This document shows positions 24,475 to 37,501 of a stretch of DNA of 64,000 bases, one piece after another. The position numbers were made by a program, and so were the translations under genes. Numbering within the stretch: position 1 is the first letter of the stretch; each line of letters begins with the position of its first letter. The notes beneath the pieces are model-generated. The model ran no database searches, had not been told where the DNA came from, and worked only from the letters and a program-made list of their open reading frames with translations. Origin of the DNA: Glaucostegus cemiculus (lineage: Eukaryota); assembly GCA_976551045.1 (NCBI GenBank), contig CDPCPM010000060.1:25916001-25980000 (forward strand), given 5' to 3'.

Positions 24475-25100
24475 GAGTCATAGAGTCACCCAGCATGGAA
24501 ACAGACCCGTCAGCCCCATTGGCCCATGCTGCCCAGGATGCCCATCTAAGCTACTCCCATTTGCCCATGGTTGGCTCATTTCCCTCTAAGCCTTTCCTAT
24601 CCATGTACCTGTCCAATTGTCTTTTAAAAGTTGTTACTGTACCTACCTCAACCACTTCCTCTGACAGCACATTCCATATACTGACCACTCTCTGGGTGAA
24701 AAATTTGTCCCTTGGGTTCCTATTAAATCTCTCCCCTCTCACCTTAAACCTATGCCCTTTACTTCTGATTCCCAAACCCTGGGAAAAAGGCAGTGTGCGT
24801 TGACACTGTCTGTGCCCCTCATAATTTTATACACCTCCATAAGATCACCCCTCATGCTCCTACACTCCAATGAAAAACATTCCATCCTGCTCAACCTCTC
24901 TCTATAACTCAGTCCCTCGAGTTCCAGCAACATCCTCGTAAATCTCCTCTGCACTCTTTCCAGCTTCATGGCATCTTTCCTATAGCAGGGTGACCAAAAC
25001 TCAACACAATATTCCAAATGTGGCCTCACCAACTGCTTGTACAACTGCAACATAACGTCCCGACTTCTATACTCAATGTCCTGACTGATGAAGGCATGTC
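24475..25100 (-). mobile_element. CR1-type LINE 3' part
   Basis: MLQLYKQLVRPHLEYCVEFWSPCYRKD...LERVQRRFTRML and GHRFKVRGERF...FFTQRVVSIWN. Confidence 0.93.
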
Positions 25101-26129
25101 TTCTGTGCGATAAATTTCCATTTTCATAATTCTGTAATTAATTGGCTGAAGGGATGAGGTAACGAGGCAAATAGGATGTAACCAGCCAAGCAAAGAAACA
25201 AAAGATGGGTCTGTAGGAGGTGTAAATGACAATAGCAGAAATCCCACTCACCTTATTGGAGGGGACAATGGTTATCTGGTCTCTGGGACTCCTCTTCAAA
25301 AATGTTGACCTAAACAGGCCGCCAAGTCCCAAAGATGTCTCTTTCAACACTTTCTCAATACTACACTGGGTGGGACATTGAGCTAGGTTACATTTCATAA
25401 ACTCTGAAGCAGGACTTGTTTTTGTTGAACTTAGTTCACGGATAAGAGTTCTGTCAACTGAATCAAATGTAATGGATATAGCTAATATTTTCTGTACAGT
25501 GGAAGGTCATTTGAATATTGTCCCCATTCTACCCATGAGAAAAGTTATGGACATTCAAGGTTCCAAAATGTCAATACAATGGAAATATTGTAATGTTTTA
25601 GGATGAGACCAATCCAAGTACTGTGTGTTTATTCTATTATGTGCATCTTTCACAAAAGTCACATAAAAGTTGTTGAATAAAAATATGATGTGATTGGAAA
25701 ACAAATCTCAGGGTGTACTCCTCAAATCCCTTGTATTAAGTCTATGAAGGTACTTTTATAATTGCCAATTGGCACTTTGATGTAGTATTGATGCATTCAC
25801 TGGAAACATTTCTTATATGGTTAAGTCATGTAAGGCGGCCAAGCGGAGGTGGCTCTCTGTTATCACTAGTTTTTTAACACTCCATGACTAAATATTGAAG
25901 AAGTCCTTTTATAGCTATCCAGCATAAGGTACAATCCATCCTAATAAATAATCTGTTTGATCCACAACGGATGGTAAAGTATACCAAAATCTCTGTAGGT
26001 AATTGCAGTAGACATTTTAATGTTATAAATATTTTATTTGGAACGAACATAAGATTGTGTCAGAACAACTAATCCACAACTACTCAGGGAGGCTTGCATC
26101 TCAGCTTGAAACTGCTATCACACCAGAAC

Positions 26130-26465
26130 CCAAAGATTGTGGATCCATGCCCCACTGAATCTTCACTCAATCTGAAGACAGATATTCTTTGGCCTTGATG
26201 TTCGACCAAGGTCCTATCTGTTGAAGATCTCTTAAACAGGAAGTTCCCCTAATGACCTGGCCAACATCCTTAAATTAGTCAGAAACAGAACAGCTTAACC
26301 TGTCATTTGTTTCATTGCTGTTTGTGGGATCCTGCGGTGTGGAAGATAGCTGCCATGTTTGGCTACATTATAACAGTGGACTGCTTGATGGAAATACTGA
26401 TTCATGTGAAGGACTTTAAGTCCTTCTCAGAGATATGATCAGGTGCTGTATAAATACGAGCCTTT
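26130..26465 (+). mobile_element. Ancient Deu-domain SINE
   Basis: cattgctgtttgtgggatcctgc...gctgccatgttt...ggtgctgtataaatacgag. Confidence 0.65.
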
Positions 26466-27404
26466 AGTAAATTGTTTGACAGCCATTAAGTTTATTTTTG
26501 CTACAGTTTATTGGACCTTGGAGTTTATAACTGTGAAAGCATCTTTAGTTTCCTGTAAACATAAGACCTTAATACAGTATTTCAACAATTTTCTATATTA
26601 AGAATAAATTAAACTTTTTTATCACGTAAATGTTGAGCATTGTAAAAGATGAACTCTCAAACATTATGCGTAATACCCACTACTTGTTAACAGGTGACCC
26701 ATAATTATTGAACGGCTTCAGATCCTGAGCCATTTTCCCCTTGGCCTATTGTCCCTGTGAAAGATATATCCAACTGGTCCCATTTCTCTCCCCTTTCTCC
26801 AAAGCTCTGCAATTTTTTCCTTTCAGATATCCATATAGTTCCTTTGGGAAGTCACTGTTGAGCCAGCTTTCATCAGCCTTTTAGGCAATCATTCCAGATC
26901 CCAGCAACTCATTGCATATTAAACTTTCGCCTCTTCTCTGCTGCTTCTGCCAATTCCCTTAAATCTAAGTCCTCTGGTTACAGACCCTGTTGGCAGTAAA
27001 AACGGTTTCACTTAATCTACTCTATCAAAAATTATGAACACTTCCATTAAGTGTCCTCTTAACCATATTTATTCTAAGGGGAACAATCTCGAATCCTCCA
27101 GTAACCTCCATTCCACTGAATCTTTCCAGTAAATCTCCTGAAGGCCTTCACGTCTTTTCAGGACTGAGCTCAGGGCTCCAGGCAAAGGATGACAAGTGAT
27201 TTATGAAGTTGCTGTATCAAATCTTCCCACGTAACCTGTGGGGGATTATTGCGCACATAGTGCTGAAAAAATACCTGGACAAGCACTTAAGGAGCCATAA
27301 CGTACAAGACTTAAGAACCAAGACTGAGAAGTAGTTTATATCTGGCAGGGATGTAATAAGCTGAGTGGCCTCTTCGGGCCCTATAAATTTCTATAATCCT
27401 AAAT

Positions 27405-28078
27405 TCCGTGCCGAGTCCTTCATTACACAGCTGCTCAGGACACACCTAGACAAAAACCCATGCATCTTTTTCCATTCCTTCCTGGTAAAAGTGCATTCCT
27501 GAAGCCGACGGGCAACATTCCCAGTGGAGCCATCGCGCAGGCAGTGTCGCGCGTGTCACCGATACTCTGACGTCCCGCGAGGTCTTGGTGCTCGATGGAA
27601 ATTTCTGGCGGTGGAGTGTTTTGCCAAATGACTTTCAACAGTCCACCCGTGGAACTCAGCGGGTCGAGCAGCATCTATGTGAGGAAAGGAACTGTCGATG
27701 TTTCAGGTCGAAACCCTGCAGGGTCCTGATACCGGGTTTTGATGTGAAACGTCGACATTCCCTTTCCTCCCACAGACGCTGCTCGACCCGCTGAGTTCCT
27801 CCGGCAGATTGGGTGTTGCTCCAAATTCCAGCGTCTGCAGCCTCGTGTCTCGACTTTGACACTCTGCTTGGGGGATCACCCCGTAGGATACACTGCCTCC
27901 TTTGCCTGCAGGACTGATGACATTTTGTGCAGACCATTGCATGATTGGATAGTGAAGCATTCTCTAAGGGACTGGTGGTACGGTTCAATACAACTAAAAG
28001 GACTGTGTCCAGCAATATGGCCAGACTCATCCTTCACAACACCTAGGTACTACCCCAGCATGTAGTAACACAGTGTTT
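27405..28078 (-). mobile_element. Decayed Tx1/L1-clade LINE ORF2 C-terminal fragment, interrupted at 27636-27851
   Basis: Minus-strand frames give IMQWSAQNV, QSVKVIWQN...EISIEHQDLA and LQECTFTRKEWKKMHGFLSR, as in the C-terminal zinc-binding region of Tx1-type ORF2. Confidence 0.7.
27636..27851. mobile_element. Fold-back Penelope-derived element with 6-bp TSD GACTTT
   Basis: Arms GGAACTCAGCGGGTCGAGCAGC and GCTGCTCGACCCGCTGAGTTCC are exact reverse complements; GACTTT at 27630 and 27852. Confidence 0.85.
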
Positions 28079-29299
28079 ATTAAACCAATGGTCTTTAGGT
28101 GTTAATATGGTTTTATTTACTGAGCTGGAATGAGGAGGTGGGAGGGTGGGGGAGGATACTTACTGGTGGCTTCCTACATGAGGGTGGAGCTATGTGTGAT
28201 TCACAAAAGCATTAAGCCTGATTATGCATCTGTACACTTTCCTTTATTTCAGCCTATTTTGTCGCGATCTCCGGCACTAGAGAACCAACCGCAAAGCACG
28301 AGGTGATGTGGTTGCCTTTCTGAATGAAGTAGATTGTCAGCATTTGTTGGAAGGCGCTAGGTAGCCAGGAATGCATTGGAATTCTCTTGCATTGGATCTG
28401 TGAGTAAGATCCTCGCCTCAGTGCAAGGAGGGGTAGATGCTAGCTGGAGTATCAACATCAATCATTTCCTGCACCATCCCACCTCATGTCTCATCAAACT
28501 GCCTCTAAAACCTGGAGAGAATTTTGTAAATTGGTTCGGGATGTCCAGTTGAGGCAGGTGCAGAGACAATGTCTTTTTTTTTAAGAAACAAAAAAGGCAG
28601 AGTTGCAGAATAATGATTGCCAGAGGTAAGTTACAAGGCTGTAATTCATTTGAGATCCTGATGATATCGTAAACTGTGAGTGCATCATTCAAGTGTTTCA
28701 CAAATGCCAGAAGAGCCTTCTGAATTATAACCTGAAGGTGGAATTAACTACAATTGGTAGGTCATTCATTTCATTATTCACTCCTGTCTGTTTGCTTGCT
28801 GCAAAATGTGTTGCAGCTGTCTCTGCGTTCTCTGAGGCACATGTTCCATGCTCACCTCTTTGGACCCGGTGAGAGGCCATTGGCTGGTTTGCAGACGTGA
28901 AATAAGGGTGGTCTTGAATTTGGGTGTTTTAATAGGGAACCCACCTCTGGTTTTATTCACTTGCAAGGAGGCTTTACAGGGGAGGTGGAGGCCTTGTACT
29001 CACTAATACACAACTTACTTCTACCCTCTGTCCTATGTGACACCTTTTACATCTTCTTGATGCCTCAAAGTACTTTGCAATCAGTTACAGTTGACAGTTG
29101 TGCTTCGGGCATCTGGTCTGTGCGCAGCATGATCCCAGATAGGCCAAATAACCCTTGTCAGTGTTGTAATGATTCTATCATATTATGATAATCAAGCGCT
29201 TAAGCTTTTCAGACTGAGGGCCAGGTTTAAGTCAGGATCCTGCTCTTTAATAAGTGTTGCTTGATCTTTTGTGCCTGCCTATAAATAATACAAGGATAC

Positions 29300-29745
29300 T
29301 ACCTGGACCAGAGGCCTGGGTTATAGCAAGAGGTTGACCGCGCTGGATCTTTATTCCTTGGAGCCTAGCGGAATGAGGGGTGACGTTTATAAAATCATGA
29401 GGGGTATGGATGAGTTGGAGGGTCATAGTCTTTTCCTCAGGATTGGGGAGTCCATAGGTAGAGGGCACAGATATGAGATAAGAAGGGAGAGATTTAAAAG
29501 AGACCTAACTTCTTTACACAGAGGATAATGAGTACCTGGAATGAGCTGCCAGAGGTATTATTCGAGGCAGGTACAATTGCAACATTTAAGAGGCATTTGG
29601 ATAGGTACATGGAGGGGAGGGGCTTGGAGGGTTATGGGCTGAATGTGGGCAACTGGGACTAGCAGGGAGGATGCTGTGGTCGGCATGGACCAGTTGGGCC
29701 GAAGGGCCTGTTTCCTTACTGTATTACTCTATGACTATGACTAAT
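29300..29745 (+). mobile_element. CR1-type LINE 3' end
   Basis: LDLYSLEPSGMRGDVYKIMRG...; same subfamily as 2795-3160. Confidence 0.9.
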
Positions 29746-29914
29746 ATGGTGAATATTTAACATCTCCTCTCTGTGCTGTGGTGGTGATGGATAAATTACA
29801 GGGCTGGTGTACATAGACCAGGGCCAGTGTTTAAATCCCACCATGGCAGATGGTAAACTTAAACTTCTGTCTCTCTTTCTCTGTCACCATTGCCTTTTAT
29901 GTCTATGTGTTGTC

Positions 29915-29930
29915 TTCTCTTTTTTCTTTC

Positions 29931-29970
<40 letters not shown>

Positions 29971-30005
29971 CCCATCTCTCTCTTTCTTTCTTTCTTTATC
30001 TCTTT
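29915..30005. repeat. (CT)n microsatellite / polypyrimidine tract
   Basis: Direct inspection. Confidence 0.9.
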
Positions 30006-30334
30006 TACACCCCCCCCATACTTTCAGTCATTGGTTCATCCACCCCCCGCCACCCCAAAAGTCCTCTCTCAGTCCAACGCACCTCACAACAATGAGGGCC
30101 TTGTTCAGATTTCACCCATCGCTCTTGAACTACTTCCAGTTCCTTGCTGGTTTTACTGTTGGCAGTCATTTGTGATTAACTCATACTACAAGAACCAATT
30201 AAATGCCGTAAATGCCTGTGTGCACATTTACAAATACTGTTGCGCTCTCCTGTGTTATGAGTGCATGGGTTAGGAAGACACAAATATGAACAAGTATACA
30301 TAGGGTTAAACTGACCGGCACAAGGTTGTGTATT

Positions 30335-30830
30335 GATAGATGGAACAAGTGGAAAGAGTGCAGAGAAGATTTACAAGGATGCTGCCAGGACTGAGTTACA
30401 GGGACAGGGTGGGCGGGCTAGGACTTTATTCCTTGGAATGCAGCAGATTGAGGGGTGACCCTATAGAGGAGTATAAAGTTATGAGGGGTATAGATAGGGA
30501 GAATGCACATAGTCTTTTTCCCAGGGAAGGAAAGGGGAGTTAAAGAGGGCATAGGTTTAAGGTGAGAGGTTGAAAGATTTAAAAGGGACCTGAGGGGCAA
30601 ATTCTTCACACAGAGGGTGGTGGGTATATGGAATGAACTGCCAGAGGAAGTGGCTGAGGCAGTGACAATTATAGCATTAAAAAGAACATTTGGATAAGTA
30701 CATAGATAGGAGGGGTTTAGAGGGATATGGACCAAATGCAGGCAAATGGGACTAACTTGGTGGGCACCATGGTCAGCATGGACGAGTTGGGCTGAGGGGC
30801 CTGTTTCCATCCTGTATTACTCTATGACTA
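30335..30830 (+). mobile_element. CR1-type LINE 3' end
   Basis: VERVQRRFTRMLPGLSY...LGLYSLE...RLRGD and the CR1 tail. Confidence 0.92.
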
Positions 30831-31754
30831 AAGTATTTCAATAAATAAAGAATTAAAAACCGAGTATCAATAATGGATTGTCTTAAAAACCATCTAGTTA
30901 ACTAATGTTTATTAGGGAAGGAAGTTTGCCATTGTTACCTGTCTGCATTATATATGATCTGGTCCACTATTGTAATTGATTCTTAACTGCCCGACGGATG
31001 ATTTATGGACAATCAATGCTGGTCTGCACCCCATGAATAAATAAATCTGAAAGCCGGTACCTCAATACGTATATCCCTCTTGAGTTGTGCTGAAGCATCC
31101 CTTTGGAACATGGGACTTCAGCCCCAGAGTAAAGCTTGAACATTTAATCTCTATAACCCAGATCTGACGTTTTGCCAACAAAGTTAGGCTGAAACCCTGA
31201 AAGAGAAAAATGCCTAACTAGAGGCTGCAAAAAGACTTGAAAAGTTTAACATTAGTTAATTGGAGAAAACCTTAAAAAGGATTTTTTTTAAATTTACCGC
31301 ACTGACCTCCATCTTCAACATGAGACACTAACCATCGATATTAAACTCAGATAAAGTGTGCTCTGCAGAAGGTGACACAAAAGATACAAGGAGTAAGCTA
31401 CTGCAGCTGGGTCTGCTCCTACTAAAAGCAGAACACTATGTAAGCCTAATGGGGAATAGAACCAAGCTGTTTTATTGTGGTCTACAGATTTATTATGCTG
31501 TTAAAATATCACATATCTGGTACTTGGAGATCTTACTAAACTGGGAGGTGCATATTTTTGACCTTTTTGCAGTTTCTTAAATTAAGCATAAAATGCCTTT
31601 TCAAATCCATGAGCCAGGATTTTAAAAATAATCTGCCTCTGAGTGCTAAATGGAGAATAATTCCGCATTATGTTTTAGCTGCCATTTTAAAGGGAAAACC
31701 GTGCAATAAGTATGTGACTGGATATCAGCTGAACGTTTGACACGTATTTATGAA

Positions 31755-31958
31755 TAGAACATAGAACATAGAAAAACTACAGCATAATTCAGGCCCTTCG
31801 GCCCACAAAGCTGTGCTGAACATGTCCCTACACTAGAAATTACTGGGCATACCCATAGCCCTCTATTTTACTTAGCTCCATGTACCTATCCAACAGTCTC
31901 TTGAAAGACCCTATCGTATCTGCATCCACCACTGTTTCCGGCAGCCCATTTCACGCAC
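31755..31958 (-). mobile_element. Young CR1-type LINE 3' end
   Basis: (ATAGAAC)n tail; reverse complement of the 16900-17080 sequence. Confidence 0.9.
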
Positions 31959-32099
31959 AGTGTGTTTAAAAGTCTAAGCAATACCTAATGAGACTTTATT
32001 TTAGTACCATTTCTTTATTATAACATCAGGACTTATTACATCTCTTCCCATTCTAATTTATTCTTTCCCAGGTTTGTTTCTACTTCTCTAGTTTTTGCT

Positions 32100-32860
32100 T
32101 CCCTTTATCATGAGGGGTCTCCATTGTAAGATCCCACAGATGCCAATGTGATAATGACCAAATAGTCTAACAGTGATAAATATTGTCCACAATAGTGGGA
32201 AGAATTCTCCTATTACTCTTCAAAATAGGGCCATGGATAGTTTATATCCAGTTGGGAAAGTAGCTGGGACCTTGATTTAATGTCTTGGGATTTGGCATCT
32301 CTGACAATGCAGTTGTCCAACAGTACTGCATGTCGATGTGAATACAGTGCTCAAGTCTATGGAGAGATACTCTGTGGGACTTTGATAGTGTCCTGCACTT
32401 TAGAACCTGAAAGATTCTCATTAATATGTAGGTCAACAGCTAACAATTGTCAGTTTATCAGTAACAGGTGTCAATATTTTTTTCTGAGTTGAAAGGTCGT
32501 GGCTACAATCCCTCTCCGGGAACCTTAACAAAATCCAGGCTGACACTATAATTTAGCACTGGGGAAATGCTGCAACGTTGAAAGTGGTGACTCGTGAATA
32601 GGCTGTTAAACAGAGGGATCTCTCCGCTGAACACTGTTAGAAGAAGATGTCCTGGTCAATATTTATACTTAAAAGTCTGGTCTGTTATGTCAATGCTGGG
32701 TGTGGGAGCTTGCTGTGTGCAGCTTGTTTTCATGTTTTGCCATGTTTTGTCATGTTTTGCCATGTTTTCTATGTCAAAACAGTGTCAACATTTCATTTAA
32801 AAAACTATCTTATTGATTATAAAATGATTTGGCGCACCTTATAGTTGCTATAGGAATGCA
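32100..32860. mobile_element. Two ancient Deu-domain SINE remnants in opposite orientations
   Basis: aagatcccacag (minus-strand copy, ~32128) and gtgtgggagcttgctgtgtgc (plus-strand copy, ~32700). Confidence 0.55.
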
Positions 32861-34149
32861 AAATTCAATTTTTCTTTAAGGAAAAATGTTCCTTTTTATT
32901 AGAATGAGGCATGACCAGAACTTAAAGTAACATCTTAATTCTGTTTCGTGAGGCACCTTATTAATGCTTCCCAATTACATTGTTGATATAAATGTATGTG
33001 TTTCCCAGAATGTAGAAACTTATTCACTAGAGGATGAAAACCAGTTTGTTAAAACAGGAGAGTGCAGTGCTGAATGCAGTGCAGCACAGTGTACTGTATG
33101 TGGCAAACTAGGATCAGCTCCTGATAATGGTAGATCTCAAGCACTGATTCCAAACCGAAAGCTAGAGGGCATGAGAGTGCTTTTGTCAAAAGAGTCAATG
33201 TTTAAAAAGAATTCAAGAAAACCGTCATTCAGAGTATTGCAGGAAATAAGCAGTAACAACAGGAAGTTGCTGGTAGCTATCGAAAGTTGTGTATTCGATT
33301 AACATTATGAACAATTACAACAGCAGACATTTCTGATAGCAACTGAATTTTTGGATTGTCCATCTGTCCTGTGACTCACATAACTATTCATTGTTGTATG
33401 TATTCAAATTGATTCATTTGAAAACTAATGTTGCATATTTCAGTTTAACAAGTAGCCCAGAAACCATTGCTTCATTCACTGCAGAAGTACCCTCCCTTTG
33501 TTTTCATCTGTTGGTGGCTATAAGCAAATAAACTTGGAGTTCAGCGTCAAAGAAGTCAAGTGTCAAAGGTTCAACAGCTCTTTCCTCTGAGTCAGAAGGT
33601 TCAAATCTCCATCTGGTCACTTAAGCACATAACTGTGGTGGGGTTCTGAGGGAGTGCTGCACTGTAAGAGCTTCTGTGATCATTGAGATACAGGTCCAGA
33701 TTTTATGGCCTATACTTATTGCCCCAACTCTAACTGTTATTTAAGTTTATCTCAGTTGAATCTGAAGGTCTATGCTCCCAGCCCAAAGCATCCCAGAGTT
33801 CCAGAACGAGGCTCCAAACCATAGGAGAGCAAACTGCAATCACAAAACTTCTAAAGAAGTTTTTGACAGACTACAAAGCCATGCTCCAGCTTTGCCGTTT
33901 GTCAAAGTGGTCAAGAAGCTAAATGTTTCCGCATGCCCCAAATCCCTTTTTAGCTAATTTGAAACATCTCCAACAATCTCCATTGAAATCAGTGGACTCC
34001 CAGATCCTGTTCCAAGACTAACCTGGCATGGGATCTGAGAGCCTCTCCCCAATATTAGTGCTGGGAAATGTCAGCAAGATGCAGTCACGCCATCCTGCTG
34101 CACTAGATCCAGGACAGTATACCATGGTCCTGCCTGCCTTCTCACACAG

Positions 34150-34385
34150 AAGGAGGTCAAAGTATTTCTCTAGCATCTGGGCCAGTTTTTAGTCCTCAAC
34201 CAACACTATTAAAACCAGTTATCGGATCATCTGACGTGCTTGTGGGATCTCACAGCGTACAAATTGCCTGCCGGATTTCCTCCTTTGCAATAGTGACTAT
34301 GCTTTAAAAGTCATTAATTGGCCATCAACTGCTTTGAGATGTCCTGAGGTTGTACCAGGCACTAGATAAATGCAGGTTATTTTTC
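34150..34385 (+). mobile_element. Ancient Deu-domain SINE 3' part
   Basis: tgtgggatctc...aaattgcctgcc...gtgactatgcttt...gatgtcctgaggttgt..aggcactagataaatgcagg. Confidence 0.7.
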
Positions 34386-34441
34386 CTTGGCAGATGGAGT
34401 ACCATCGTCAAGAAATTGTCTACTACTAATAGACTTGGTGG

Positions 34442-34580
34442 GAATCAGAATCCGGCTTATTATCACTGACATACGTCATGAAATTTGTTGTTTTGCGGCA
34501 GCAGTACAGTGCAAGACATAAAGACATAAAAATTGCTATAAGTTACAAAAATAAATAAAAAGTGCAATAGAGGAATAACA
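34442..34580 (-). mobile_element. Rex/Babar-type 3' tail fragment
   Basis: Homologous to 2011-2140 (gaatcagaatc...gcagtacagtgcaa...ttacaaaa). Confidence 0.75.
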
Positions 34581-36889
34581 GTGAATCTAATAAGCATTTT
34601 CTGTGATAAAACTTCAATGCTTTTTTTCCCTTCCATGTTGTTCTTTTTAAATTTTAAGTAAACAGGATTGTGAGAACAATCATCTTTTGTCTAAGATACT
34701 GAGGCTGTGTGGTTCACCTGAACTGAGACACACTGACATTGACCTTCACTGCTGGTAGTCAGAATTGCTATTCGGGGTATGGCTGGGATAGAGAGAGAAT
34801 GATTCATTTTCCTGGACTCACAAAACCCCATTGCAGATGACTTAGCTCCTGGAACTGGAGCTGCTTCAACTGGTGTGAAAATATAGCTTGGTGTTTATTC
34901 ATTATAGTTAAATTGATATGCAAAGTGTGTCAGAACTAATTATGCTTCTCTCTGCATTGATTTATCAATAAATTGCAATCCTGAGGACATGCAACCTAAA
35001 TTTTACATTGATTTATTTCTGCAGACATTTTTTGAATCCCAGAATTTGTGGTCAGTTTTGGATTTGCTGCCGACCTTGAGGAAATCTCTTCACAGAGACA
35101 CTGCAGTCTCGTTAGCAAGCAATTTCCCTTCCTCTGTAGGCTGTAGGAACCAGGCCTCAGTTCAAAGGGACCTCTGATGTCCAGCAGCCTTGATGTCATC
35201 AAGCTGGCTGTGCAGCTAATTACATTGTAAAAAAATTCTCACAAAAGGAAAAAAGGAAGGAAACAGAAAAAAAATTAATTTTCCAGATATTATCCAAAAT
35301 ACTAAATAATGACTGAGATATACACATATGATTTAAGGTCAAAGATGAAATATCACAAGATAAATAGTTGTTAAAATTAAAATCAATTTTATTTTGAAAT
35401 ATTAATGCAAAGGGGTTGCAATACATATCCTTTTGTTTTGAAACAAGTAGTTTGATGAAGCAGTAAATGTGGTTTACTACCCGATAAAAATTCAATTAGA
35501 CCTCATGTAACAGTGCAATATTTTCAGGGTATTTTAGTTTAGAAATAGCTCTGAAAATGTAAGTGATTTCTTGACTCTGGCAGCAAAGGCTGCAAACAGC
35601 ATAGTAACTAGGGGATTAAACTAGGCGTGCATGGGACCTGAAACGGCGGCAATTCCTTTTCCCCTACACGTTTCCTCAGAGTTCCTCCAGCTGATTCTCG
35701 CCCTAAGGTTGCTGTCTGTTTCAGCCAATAATTGTGGCAAATCCCTTTAGGTTCACTGTGAATTTTAGCACAACATCTACTTCAATACCGAGGAATTGTC
35801 TGAAAATTCGAAATGAAGAAAAGATTAAGGGTGATCTAATTGACATGTTGAAGATGATTCAAGGATTTGATAAGGTTGATAAGAGTGAAAGCATTTATTT
35901 TGGTTGCAGAGTTCAGAATTAGGGAACATATCCTTAAAATTAACTCTGGACTATTCAGTGCTGATGTCAGAAAGGAATTCTTCATGCAAAGGGCAGTGGA
36001 AGGGCAGGGCTCGCTTCCCAAAGGCTGTTTTTCATGGTGAGAAGGAATCATAGAGTCATACAGTACTGAAACAGTCCCTTTAGTCCACCACATCTGCATG
36101 CATCATCAAGCACCCGTATGCACTGAACATTCACTAAAATGAAGCGCATTTAGTAGGTGGAGGGTTCAAAATAAGTGGATAATTTTTTGCGGAGCAGTAT
36201 TAAAGTTTGCAAAGCAAATAAATCGAGTTAAGTTACAGACCATAATAATCTAATTGATCGATGGAACCTGAATAGCCTACTTCTGTTCCTTTATTCCTAA
36301 GACATTTTATAAGCCCAGTTCATTGTTTTGCAATTGCATAGTAAGAAATCTCTATCCATCACACAAAGCTGGCAGAACACCAACTACACATTCCAATCTG
36401 TTTGTTAAAAAGGCCTGTGTAACAACATCACGATAAATTGTTAATAAAATAGCTGTACTTTTAAACTACCTTCCTGCAGAAGCAGAGGGACCGTCTTATC
36501 TACTCTCCCTTAGTTTGTAGAGCATGCAAAAAGTTTGAATGTTCATTTCCAGTTAGTGCCCAATTAGGACGCAGTGAGTAGTAGCTGTGACTCTCTCTGA
36601 CATGTAGAGCAGTACAACCTACCATAAATAGTGAACAGTACTGGGATCAGCTGGCAAATACTTGAAATTCAGTTTACTAGACTGAATAGCACAAAGGTAA
36701 AGTGATTTAACTCACTATTTTTAACGCAGAATTTTGACCACATCACTTTCATGTCAAACGAAAACAGAAAAGATTGGAAACACAGAGCAGGTGATTCAGC
36801 ATTTGTTGAAAGAAAAGCATTTTAATGTATTGGGTCTGGGACTGTTTGTATTCATCTTTATGAGATCATAATCATTATGCAGAATCTTG

Positions 36890-37501
36890 CTGTACATGAA
36901 TTGGTTGCCACATTTCCCAGTGTATGAATTCCTGTACGTGAATTAGCTGCCACGTTTCCTAGTGTATGAATTCCTGTACATGAATTAGCTGCCACGTCTC
37001 CTAGTGTATGAATTCCTGTACATGAATTAGCTGCCGCATTTCCCAGTGTATGAATTCCTGTACATGAATTGGTTGCCACATTTCCCAGTGTATGAATTCC
37101 TGTACGTGAATTGGTTGCCACATTCCCCAGTGTATGAATTCCTGTACGTGAATTAGCTGCCACGTTTCCTAGTGTATGAATTCCTGTACATGAATTAGCT
37201 GCCGCATTTCCCAGTGTATGAATTCCTGTACGTGAATTGGTTGCCACATTCCCCAGTGTATGAATTCCTGTACTTGAATTGGTTGCCACATTTCCCAGTG
37301 TATGAATTCCTGTACATGAATTAGCTGCCACATTTCCCAGTGTATGAATTCCTGTACGTGAATTGGTTGCCACATTCCCCAGTGTATGAATTCCTGTACT
37401 TGAATTGGTTGCCACATTTCCCAGTGTATGAATTCCTGTACATGAATTAGCTGCCACATTTCCCAGTGTATGAATTCCTGTACGTGAATTGGTTGCCACA
37501 T
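36890..37501. repeat. Minisatellite, 42-bp unit (GTACATGAATTGGTTGCCACATTTCCCAGTGTATGAATTCCT), ~14.5 copies
   Basis: Head-to-tail units, each with an EcoRI site; minus-strand ORFs show 14-aa periodicity. Confidence 0.97.

Noticed and set aside
36890-37501. 42-bp array as a CRISPR array
   Set aside because: No spacers; it is a simple tandem minisatellite.
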